A stretch of DNA of 64,000 nucleotides from NCBI GenBank assembly GCA_963709635.1, contig CAVPXA010000002.1, positions 6,858 through 70,857 on the forward strand, in the 5' to 3' direction. Positions 42,845 through 50,399 of the stretch are shown piece by piece. Under the pieces are notes generated by a model. It searched no databases. It saw only the letters and a list, made by a program, of their open reading frames with translations, and had not been told where the DNA came from. The number at the start of each line of letters is the position of its first letter. Position 1 is the stretch's first letter. The translations under genes and the position numbers were made by a program. This DNA comes from an uncultured Thermoleophilia bacterium. GTDB taxonomy: Bacteria > Actinomycetota > Thermoleophilia > UBA2241.

Positions 42845-44089
42845 TCAAGGGCCCAAGGCGCCGATCGGGATGACCGCGACACCGTCGGGGCGAGTGAAGG
42901 CGTAGCCGGATCCCACGATCACGCCGAGCAGCAGAGGCTTGCCGCCCGCACTCGCATCTACCCTCCCGGCGAGCGCGAGCAGCGAAGCGGCGCCCGCATG
43001 AACCTGATTGGCGCCGAGCTTGATCTCGAACGCTGCCCAGTTCCCATCGGGCATCTCGACGACCGCGTCAACTTCGAGACCGGTGTTGTCGCGGTACTGG
43101 AGCACCTGAGCGTCCAGCGCCTGCGCGTAGACGCGCAAGTCTCGCACCACCAGCGACTCGAACAGGAAGCCGAAGAGGCCAAGGTCCTTCAGCAGTTGGG
43201 CAGGCCCGATGCGCAGCGCCGCAACGGACAGTGACGGATCGACGAAGTGGCGCTTCACGCCACTGCGCATGACGGACTTGGAGCGCAAACGAGGCGACCA
43301 TGGCGGCTGGTCCTCGATGATCATGAGCCTGTCGAGTGCATCCAGGTATTCGCGTACGGTCTCGCGGTCGAGCGGGCCATCGACACCTCCCGTGTCGCCA
43401 GCCAGGGTGACGATTGAGGCGTACGTGGCCACGTTACGTCCCAGTGAGCGCAGGAGACGCCCGATCCGATTGGGATCCCTGCGTGGCGCGATGCGACCCA
43501 CGTCGACGCGTCTGATCTCGTCGAGGTAGTCGCGGTTGGCGCGGAGCGATTGCTCGGCCGGCCCAGAGTGGCCAGGCCATCCTCCGACCGCAACTCGCTC
43601 CGCGATGTCGGCGACCGCCAACCCGGGATCGGGGCATCTGACAGCTGCACCCGTGAGGAGTCGCGCCAACGACAGCTCACCGTTGGAGTGCCCCGTCTCG
43701 AAGAGGCTCATCGGCCGCATGCGCAGGCGAGAGATCCTGCCCGCACCCGTGTGTCTGGTGGCGTCGTCGGCCGGGACGGCCGAGCCGGTGAGGATGAACT
43801 GCGCCGGCTTGCCGCGATCGTCCACCGCTCGCCGCACATGGTTCCAGATGTTCGGCTCGAGCTGCCACTCGTCGATGAGGCGAGGTGCAGCGCCGTCGAG
43901 GACGAGGGAAGGATCGACGGCGGCGGCTTCCCGCGCCGTGGTGTCGATGTCAAGCAGGACCTCGCTGACCGCGGCACGCCGGGCCGTCTCGGTCTTGCCA
44001 CAGGCTTTGGCCCCCTCGATGAGCACGGCCCCGCTTGCGCTCAACCGTGAGATCAGCTCGTCGTCGACGACTCGATTGATGTAGGTCAT
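42845..44089 (-). CDS. AAA-type ATPase with DUF4143 C-terminal domain
   Basis: 414-aa ORF with P-loop GAKACGKTETARR, LIDEWQ (Walker B-like), and the C-terminal part KRHFVDPSL...FLFESLVVRDLRVYA...YRDNTGLEVDAVVE. Local composition is visibly less GC-rich than the flanks. Confidence 0.8.
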   Translation of the reverse strand: MTYINRVVDDELISRLSASGAVLIEGAKACGKTETARRAAVSEVLLDIDTTAREAAAVDPSLVLDGAAPRLIDEWQLEPNIWNHVRRAVDDRGKPAQFILTGSAVPADDATRHTGAGRISRLRMRPMSLFETGHSNGELSLARLLTGAAVRCPDPGLAVADIAERVAVGGWPGHSGPAEQSLRANRDYLDEIRRVDVGRIAPRRDPNRIGRLLRSLGRNVATYASIVTLAGDTGGVDGPLDRETVREYLDALDRLMIIEDQPPWSPRLRSKSVMRSGVKRHFVDPSLSVAALRIGPAQLLKDLGLFGFLFESLVVRDLRVYAQALDAQVLQYRDNTGLEVDAVVEMPDGNWAAFEIKLGANQVHAGAASLLALAGRVDASAGGKPLLLGVIVGSGYAFTRPDGVAVIPIGALGP

Positions 44090-44157
44090 GGTTCCTTGGT
44101 GGTCGCGTTCAGTGGACCAACGGGGCCCGAGATGTCGGACCGAAGGTGGCTCAGGCC

Positions 44158-44217
44158 TCAGATTGTAACGGCGTCAAGCCTCAGAATGCAACGACTTCAG
44201 CCATCAGAATGTAACGG
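44158..44217. repeat. Three direct repeats TCAGAATGTAACGG at 23-nt spacing
   Basis: tcagattgtaacgg (44158), tcagaatgcaacga (44181) and tcagaatgtaacgg (44204). They lie 69-128 nt upstream of the ATPase start, in an AT-richer stretch. Confidence 0.8.
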
Positions 44218-44355
44218 CAAGGCGGCCATGGCGATGCCCGCGACTTGCGCAAAGCGCACGAACGGCTCGACACCGTCATCGACGGGCTCTACCGGCTGAA
44301 GAAGCCTACAGAGGTCGAGCGTCTGTCGCGGCTCGGCGCGGAATACGCTGGGTGG
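44215..44355 (+). pseudogene. C-terminal remnant of an MmeI/PglX-type (type IIG/BREX-like) DNA methyltransferase
   Basis: The plus-strand frame opening after TAA at 44212 reads ...DLRKAHERLDTVIDGLYRLKKPTEVERLSRLGAEYAGW. This matches the characteristic C-terminal pattern L.xAHxxLDxxVdxxYr......eRlxxLfxxY of that family. No upstream coding body is present. Confidence 0.35.
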
Positions 44356-44384
44356 ACGATCGCGTCCGACATGGCTGGGAACGA

Positions 44385-44412
44385 CGACGGGCCGCCTCTC
44401 GGCGGCCCGTCG
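44385..44412 (-). terminator. Intrinsic terminator of rplM-rpsI
   Basis: Perfect 12-bp stem CGACGGGCCGCC-tctc-GGCGGCCCGTCG, 24 nt past the rpsI stop, followed on the minus strand by UCGUUCCC. Confidence 0.7.
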
Positions 44413-44436
44413 GAGAAAGCAGATCTGTGCGCAGCG

Positions 44437-44832
44437 TCAGCGCTTGCTGAACTGCGGCTTCTTGCGCGCCTTGTGGAAGCCGGCCTTCTTGCGCTCGACC
44501 TGACGGTCGTCGCGCGTGAGGAACCCGGCGCGCTTGAGCGGCGTGCGGAGGGTCTCGTCGGCCTCGCAGAGGGCGCGGGCGATACCATGACGGACCGCGC
44601 CGGCCTGGGCGCTGATGCCGCCGCCGTACACGTTGACCCGGACGTCGAACTTGCCGGTGGTACGGGTGGTCTCGAACGGCATGAGCGCGATGGTCTCGAG
44701 GACCTTGCGACCGAAGTACTGGTCGATGTCGCGGCCGTTGATGGTGGTCTTGCCGGGGCCCGGAATGAGGATGACGCGCGCGACGCTGGTCTTGCGCTTG
44801 CCGGTCGCGCGATAGGTCACTGCATCAGCCAC
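44437..44832 (-). CDS. rpsI: 30S ribosomal protein S9
   Basis: 131 aa ([14 protein letters not shown]...[19 protein letters not shown]...), ending in the C-terminal KKPQFSKR. Confidence 0.98.
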   Translation of the reverse strand: MADAVTYRATGKRKTSVARVILIPGPGKTTINGRDIDQYFGRKVLETIALMPFETTRTTGKFDVRVNVYGGGISAQAGAVRHGIARALCEADETLRTPLKRAGFLTRDDRQVERKKAGFHKARKKPQFSKR

Positions 44833-44835
44833 GCC

Positions 44836-45270
44836 TTACTCCTTGATCTCGAGCACTTCGGGGTTCTGCGCCTCGTGGGGATGCTCCGTGCCGGCGTAGA
44901 TCTTGAGCTTGCGGAGCTGGGCGCGCCCGAGCTTGTTGTGAGGCAGCATGCCGCGCACGGCGTGGCGGATGATCTCCTCGGGGCGGCGAGCCTGGAGCTT
45001 GGCGTACGACTCGCTCTTGATGCCGCCGGGGTAGCCCGAGTGATGGTAGTACATCTTCTGCTCGGGCTTCTTGCCGGTCACGACGATCTGCTCGGCATTG
45101 ACGATGACGACGAAGTCGCCGGTGTCGATGTTCGGCGTGTAGATTGCCTTGCGCTTGCCGCGCAGGCAGTCTGCGACGACGGTCGAGAGACGGCCCAGGG
45201 TATGGCCCTTGGCGTCCACGACGTACCACTTCTTCTCGATGGTGGAAGGCTTGGCGACGTAAGTCTTCAT
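44836..45270 (-). CDS. rplM: 50S ribosomal protein L13
   Basis: ORF 44836..45516 trimmed to [20 protein letters not shown]...[10 protein letters not shown]...[10 protein letters not shown] (144 aa). Confidence 0.97.
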   Translation of the reverse strand: MKTYVAKPSTIEKKWYVVDAKGHTLGRLSTVVADCLRGKRKAIYTPNIDTGDFVVIVNAEQIVVTGKKPEQKMYYHHSGYPGGIKSESYAKLQARRPEEIIRHAVRGMLPHNKLGRAQLRKLKIYAGTEHPHEAQNPEVLEIKE

Positions 45271-45325
45271 GCGCTCACTCGTTCGGTAGCAGGAACGCAC
45301 GCCCGGCTCGGGCGCGCGAAGGGGG

Positions 45326-45354
45326 ACTATAGCGAATCTGAGCGGGCGGCGCAA
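45326..45354 (-). promoter_or_regulatory. Candidate sigma-A promoter of rplM-rpsI
   Basis: The minus strand has TTGCGC (45354-45349), a 17-nt spacer and TATAGT (45331-45326), ~55 nt upstream of the rplM ATG. Confidence 0.5.
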
Positions 45355-45397
45355 CACGAGGCGCCGTGGACGCCGCCCGCCGCCTCGCGCGCCCTGC

Positions 45398-45691
45398 TCA
45401 GCCGACCGGCGTGGCGCCGGCCTGCTCGTGGAACGACAGCGCGCCGACCGCGCAGCCGATCCCTCCGACCACAGAGCGGAGGGTCTCGTCCTCGAGCGCC
45501 GCCGCGCCTGCTTCACCGGCGGCGGCGTGCAGGTCCTCGTCGCTCACCGCGAAGCCCTCGGCCGCCGCGAGCTCACAGAGCGCGCGCGGACGGGCGGCCT
45601 CCTCGAGGCCGCTCAGCGCGCGGGCCTTCTCCTGCAGCTCCTCGTCGGTCTCCAGCCGGGCGAAGAACGCCTTCAGGTCCTCTGCCGACAT
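45398..45691 (-). CDS. Nif11-type leader RiPP precursor peptide (copy 2)
   Basis: ORF 45398..45808 trimmed to the ATG after GAGAGGAG. Leader: [77 protein letters not shown]. Core: [20 protein letters not shown]. Confidence 0.8.
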   Translation of the reverse strand: MSAEDLKAFFARLETDEELQEKARALSGLEEAARPRALCELAAAEGFAVSDEDLHAAAGEAGAAALEDETLRSVVGGIGCAVGALSFHEQAGATPVG

Positions 45692-45719
45692 GCCGCTCCT
45701 CTCGTCCGGCGGCGTCCGC

Positions 45720-46022
45720 TCACCCGCGTGCGGTCGCGTCGCCCTTGGGATTCCCCGCCAGGAAGCCGGGCTCCACACACGAGACGCCGCCCGCGGCCGC
45801 GACCCCACGCAGCGTCTCGTCGTCGAGCGCGGCCGCTGCCGGGCCGTCGGCGGCCGCAGCCAGATCGTCGGCGGTCACCGAGAGGCCGAGCTCCGCCGCC
45901 AGCGCGCACAGCGCGGCGTCGCGAGCGTCCCCCGGCTCGCCGCTCAGCGCCCGCGCCCTCTGCTGCAACTCCGCGTCGGCCTCCAGCCTCGCGAAGAAGG
46001 TCCTCAGGTCCTCTGCCGACAT
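45720..46022 (-). CDS. Nif11-type leader RiPP precursor peptide (copy 1)
   Basis: 100-aa ORF after a GGAGGAG RBS. Leader: MSAEDLRTFFARLEADAELQQRARALSGEPGDARDAALCALAAELGLSVTADDLAAAADGPAAAALDDETLRGVAAAGG. Core: VSCVEPGFLAGNPKGDATARG. It starts 21 nt downstream of the rSAM gene stop. Confidence 0.8.
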   Translation of the reverse strand: MSAEDLRTFFARLEADAELQQRARALSGEPGDARDAALCALAAELGLSVTADDLAAAADGPAAAALDDETLRGVAAAGGVSCVEPGFLAGNPKGDATARG

Positions 46023-46043
46023 CGCTCCTCCCGTCTGTCGCCG

Positions 46044-47441
46044 TCAGCCGCGGCCGGCGATCGCCGCCAGCCGCCGCCGGTAGGGACTCCTGTACAGCTC
46101 GCACGCGGCCGGGTCACGCCCCAGCAGGTCGCCCGTCGCGGCGTAGGCGAGCGCCCAGCACCCCGCGCCGCACTCGCCGAACTCGGCGCACGCCGCGCAC
46201 TCCGGATTGTGCTCCAGGATCCGCGCCTTGGTCACCGTTACGGCCGCACGCAGGGAGTCGTCGTCCCATGCCTCGGAGAGTTCCGTGGCGAGCAGCGACG
46301 GCATCGCGTCCTGGAGCGGCGTGTCGATGAACCGCGGGCAGAGGATGAGCCGTCCGTCCGGCATCACGTAGACGGTCTCCTGGAGCAGCGCCCCGCAGTG
46401 GAGGTCCTCAGGCGAGCAGCGGTGGACGGGGCCGACCGGCGGCACGAACCCGCCCGGCGCCCCGGAGTACATGCCGCACAACGTGATCAGGTACGGGCGT
46501 CCGAGATCGAGCCAGCGGCGCAGGATCGCCGCCGCGGCCTCAGCCTGCGCATCGAGAGACAACGCGGTCGGCGCGCCGACCCAGCAGCCCACGGGGATCG
46601 GCGCGCTCACGTGCCATCCCGTCACGCCGAGCTCGGCCATCAGACCGGTCGCGGCGACGATGCCGTCCCGGGTCTCGGCGTCGAGACTGCTCGTCACGCT
46701 CACGCGGAAGCCGGCGGCCACGGCCCGGCGCGCCGCTTCCAGCGCCGAGCCTTCGGCGCCGGCACGGCCGCGCATGCCGTCGTGGGCGCCGACGCCGTCG
46801 TAGCTCAGGTGGATGACGGGGTCGGCGCCCAGCTCCCGCAGACGAACCAGCGCGTCGTCGTCCAGCAGCAGGCCGTTGGTGGAGATCTGGTGCACGCCGA
46901 TGCGCCGCTCGATCAGCCTGCCGATGAGCTCCCAGATGTCGGCGCGCAGCAGCGGCTCGCCGCCGGTGAGGTGGACGCGCTGCACGCCGGCGCGCTCGAG
47001 CTGGTCAACGATGCGCAGCATGTCCGCGGTCGGAAGCTCGCCGTACCGCGCCTCCGGGGCCTCCATGTAACAGTGCCGGCAGGCGAGGTTGCAGCGCCCG
47101 GTGACCGCCCAGTTGGCGAACGCCAGATAGCGGTTGGCGGCCTGCCGGTGTCGCTGCCGCGGGTCGAGCTGCGTCCCCCGCGGGCACTCCAGGGCCATGC
47201 CCTTCTCGATCATGAGGTCGAGCGTCGCGCGGTGCGCGGGGAGGAAGAACGGCGAGGTGAAGTCGGTCGCGCCGTCGCAGCTTCGCGCGACCCAGGCGGC
47301 CGCCGGCGTGAGCGCCGGGTCCTCGCCCGTACGCCAGTTGACGAGGACCGCCGGACGGTCGCTGTAGCCGCGGAGGTGCCAGTCGGGCGCGAGCACCGCG
47401 TAGCGGCCGCTCGCGCCTTCGCTCGGGGACATCGGCGTCAC
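46044..47441 (-). CDS. Radical SAM/SPASM-domain peptide maturase with an N-terminal RRE-like region
   Basis: CX3CX2C at GRCNLACRHCY. SPASM signature: CGALLQETVYVMPDGRLILC (CX13GX4C) and CAACAEFGECGAGC (CX2CX5CX3C). N-terminal PqqD-like stretch: YAVLAPDWHLRGY...LTPAAAWVARSCDGATDF. Start is GTG 47441 (after GAGGAG) or ATG 47432. Confidence 0.9.
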   Translation of the reverse strand: MTPMSPSEGASGRYAVLAPDWHLRGYSDRPAVLVNWRTGEDPALTPAAAWVARSCDGATDFTSPFFLPAHRATLDLMIEKGMALECPRGTQLDPRQRHRQAANRYLAFANWAVTGRCNLACRHCYMEAPEARYGELPTADMLRIVDQLERAGVQRVHLTGGEPLLRADIWELIGRLIERRIGVHQISTNGLLLDDDALVRLRELGADPVIHLSYDGVGAHDGMRGRAGAEGSALEAARRAVAAGFRVSVTSSLDAETRDGIVAATGLMAELGVTGWHVSAPIPVGCWVGAPTALSLDAQAEAAAAILRRWLDLGRPYLITLCGMYSGAPGGFVPPVGPVHRCSPEDLHCGALLQETVYVMPDGRLILCPRFIDTPLQDAMPSLLATELSEAWDDDSLRAAVTVTKARILEHNPECAACAEFGECGAGCWALAYAATGDLLGRDPAACELYRSPYRRRLAAIAGRG

Positions 47442-47496
47442 GCACTCTCCTCGGTCGGCGGGGCCTCCCACCGCCGGGCGGCTCCGGCGCCCGGCG

Positions 47497-48303
47497 TCAG
47501 TCGAGACGCCGTATCCTGATCTCGTCGCCGGCGTCGAGCCCCAGCACCTCGGCCGCCGACCCGTTGTTGACCGCCACCGACGCCTGGCCGTAGCTGTCGA
47601 TGAGCACGACGATGTCGCTGCGGCGCACAGACTGGAAGGTGCGCGCCACGCTCGCGAGGTAGCGCTCGTCGCCGGTGAGGAGCTCGACGTGGCCGGTGAG
47701 CCCGGCCTTCTCCAGGTCGCGGGCGCGGATGTTGAGCGCGACGTTGCCGAACCGGTCGACGAGCACCGCGACCGCCGTCAGGCCGTCGCGGTGCCGGCGG
47801 GGCTCCGGGTAGTCGATACGGTCGAGGTGGTCGGCGTCCAGCTCGGCTCCGACCGCGTCCAGCGAGAGGCCGGCCGCCAGACGGGCCGCGGCCGGCGCGA
47901 ATACGTCGCGGCCGTGGAAGGTGGCGGAGAGCGGCATGAGCCACAGCTCCTGGTTGCTGAGCTCGTAGGCGGCGGCGACCCCGCCGTCGAGGTCGGCGGC
48001 GTGCATGAGCAGCCCGTTGTCCGGGCCGACGAAGAGCCGATCGCCGTGGCTGCGCAGGGCGATCGGCCGCCGCGGCCCGCCCACGCCCGGGTCGACGACC
48101 GCCAGGATCACCGCCCGGACCGGCATGTAGGGCAGCGTGTTGCGCAGCACCACCGCCCCGGCGAGCACGTCGCGCTCCGGCAGCCCGTGCGTGACGTCGA
48201 TGACCCGGACGTCCGGCGCCAGCCGGGCGATGACCGCACGGCACACGCCGGCGAAGTCGTCGGTGTAGCCGTAGTCGCTGAAGAAGCAGATGGGCCTGTC
48301 CAT
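47497..48303 (-). CDS. DUF62 family SAM hydrolase (SAM hydroxide adenosyltransferase / halogenase-like)
   Basis: ORF 47497..48717 trimmed to MDRPICFFSDYGYTDDFAGVC. Conserved blocks: IDVTHG, VVDPGVG, GPDNG, ATFHGRDVFAPAAARLA. Confidence 0.88.
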   Translation of the reverse strand: MDRPICFFSDYGYTDDFAGVCRAVIARLAPDVRVIDVTHGLPERDVLAGAVVLRNTLPYMPVRAVILAVVDPGVGGPRRPIALRSHGDRLFVGPDNGLLMHAADLDGGVAAAYELSNQELWLMPLSATFHGRDVFAPAAARLAAGLSLDAVGAELDADHLDRIDYPEPRRHRDGLTAVAVLVDRFGNVALNIRARDLEKAGLTGHVELLTGDERYLASVARTFQSVRRSDIVVLIDSYGQASVAVNNGSAAEVLGLDAGDEIRIRRLD

Positions 48304-48590
48304 GGCCCCGAACCTACGACGAAGCCACGCCGCGCGCAACAGTTTCGGGGGCACTCCCGGAGCCGATGCCGGCCTGCGCTCCGGATACACTTGCCTCCGA
48401 TGCCCCTGGGGACGACCTCGCGGCGCGGCTCGAGCGCCCGACAGAGCGTCGGCGACGCCGTGCACCCCACACGCGAGAACGCGGGGCGGATCATCAAGCG
48501 CGCCGTGGAGCTCGCGCCCGAGTGCTTCGAGTGATCGCGGGCGCCGCGCGCCGCTGACCCGGCCCGGGAGGATTCCGCCCGGCAGCCCGG

Positions 48591-49430
48591 TCAGCGCGAG
48601 CGGGCGTCCTCCGCGATGGCCGAGACGAGGCCCGCGGCCGTGTACTCCCGGGCCTCCACCGCCACCGGCAGTCCCAGGCCGCGCAGCGTCTCGCTGGTGA
48701 TCGGGCCGATGGAGCAAAGGCGGGCGCCGGCCAGCCGCTCGACGAGCGGGGTCCCGGCGCGGCCCGCGCCGGCAGCCACAGCCTCCAGAAGGCCGGCGAG
48801 CCGCTTGGCGGTGCTCGCCGAGGTGAACGTGATGTAGTCTGCCGCCTCCACGCGCGCCGCCGGCTCGGCGAGCTCCTCCACGGCGACGGTGTCGTAGATG
48901 TGGAGCACGTCGACCACGGCTCCCCGCGCGCGCAGCGTCTCAGGGAGCACGTCGCGCGCGTCGGCCGCGCACGGGATGAGCACACGGGCGCCGGCGGCGG
49001 CCGCCTCCGTGCCCTCGAGCGCATCCGCGAGCCCCTCAGCGACGTACTCGTCGGGCACCAGGTGGCACGAGAGGCCGTGCTTCTCGAGGGCCGCGGCGGT
49101 AGCGGGCCCGACGGCGGCGAGCACGGGCCCGGGCGGCATGCCGCCGTCCTCCGTGCCGCGCGCCAGGTAGCCGGCCCACACGCGCACGGCGTTGGTGCTC
49201 GTGAACACCACGAGCTGGTAGGCGGCGAGCTCCCGCAGGACGGCCGCGACCTCTTCGTCGAGGGGTCGCGGCTCGATACGGATGGTGGGCACCACGAGCA
49301 CCTCGGCGCCGAGCGCCTCGAGCGGGCGCGCGAGTGAGGCCGCCTGCTCGCGCGGCCGGGTGACGACGACGGTGCGGCCGGCCAGCACGCGGTCCGGCGA
49401 GGACGCCGTGTCCGGGCCGGACGAGGTCAC
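48591..49430 (-). CDS. hemD: Uroporphyrinogen-III synthase
   Basis: Tail of ORF 48591..50843 (RTVVVTRPREQAASLARPLEALGAEVLVVPTI...VFTSTNAV...ITFTSAST). GTG 49430 overlaps the hemC stop (GTGA). Confidence 0.85.
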   Translation of the reverse strand: MTSSGPDTASSPDRVLAGRTVVVTRPREQAASLARPLEALGAEVLVVPTIRIEPRPLDEEVAAVLRELAAYQLVVFTSTNAVRVWAGYLARGTEDGGMPPGPVLAAVGPATAAALEKHGLSCHLVPDEYVAEGLADALEGTEAAAAGARVLIPCAADARDVLPETLRARGAVVDVLHIYDTVAVEELAEPAARVEAADYITFTSASTAKRLAGLLEAVAAGAGRAGTPLVERLAGARLCSIGPITSETLRGLGLPVAVEAREYTAAGLVSAIAEDARSR

Positions 49431-50399
49431 GGCGTGCGGATCTCGTCCAGGATGCCGCCGGCCCCGCGCTCGAGCAGCTCGGCGGCGAGGAGCACGCCGA
49501 GGCCCTCGGGGTCGCCGGCGGGCCGCGCCTGCGCGCCGCGCACCGAGCGCGCGCCGTCGAGCGAGCCCACGTAGGCGGCGAGCGCCAGCGTGCCGGCGGC
49601 GCTCTCGCCGGCCTCCCAGAGAGCGTGCGCGGCGATCGGCACCTGGCAGCCACCCTCCAGCGTGCCCAGGAGCGCCCGCTCCGCCTTGACGCAGAGCGCC
49701 GTCTGCGGGTGGTCGAGCGCCGCCCTGATCTCGAGCAGCCGCGGGTGGTCGGCGCGCGCCTCGATGGCGAGCGCGCCCTGGCCCACGGCCGGCAGCATCT
49801 CGTCGAACGCGAAGGCGAACCCGACAACCTCGGAGCGGCCGAGGCGCGAGAGCCCCGCGGCCGCGAGGATCGTCCCCGTCATCTCCTCCTCGACGAGCTT
49901 GCGCAGGCGCGTCTCGACGTTGCCGCGGATGTCGACCACGTCGAGGTCCGGGCGCAGCGCCAGGAGCTGCGAGCGCCGGCGCAGGCTCGAGCGTGCCCAC
50001 GCGGGCGCCGTGTGGCACATCGTCCAGAGTGAGCGGCCCGTCGACGGACGCGCGGCCCTCGAGCAGCGCCGGGTTGGGCACGAACACGTCGCGCACGTCC
50101 TCGCGCTCGGTGAAGGCGATGATGTCCAGCCCCTCGGGCACGGCGGTGGGCATGTCCTTGGCGGAGTGCACGGCCACGTCGATGCGGTCCTCGAGCAGTG
50201 CGCTCTCGAGCTCCTTGGTGAAGAGTCCCTTGTCGCCGATCATGGCCAGCGGCGCGTCGAGGATCCTGTCGCCCTTGGTGCTGATGACCTCTATCTCCAC
50301 GCGCAGGCCCGGGTGGCGCTCCGCCACGCGGTCGCGCACCCACTCCGCCTGCACGAGCGCGAGGCGGGAGCCGCGGGAGCCGATCCGGATCAGGTCCAT
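49427..50399 (-). CDS. hemC: Hydroxymethylbilane synthase (frameshifted as sequenced)
   Basis: MDLIRIGSRGSRLALVQAEWV...ISTKGD...FTKELE...HSAKDMP...GARVGT (frame of ORF 48591..50843) continues as SSLRRRSQLLALRPDLDVVDIRGNVETRL...PAVGQGALAIE (ORF 49427..50020). The break is near 49991-49994. Length is 3n+1. Confidence 0.9.

Noticed and set aside
48401-48535. 44-codon plus-strand ORF (MPLGTTSRRGSS…ENAGRIIKRAVELAPECFE) between the DUF62 gene and hemD.
   Set aside because: There is no RBS and no recognisable family, the first half is Arg/Ser-rich, and it lies in a convergent/divergent spacer. This is too weak to call.
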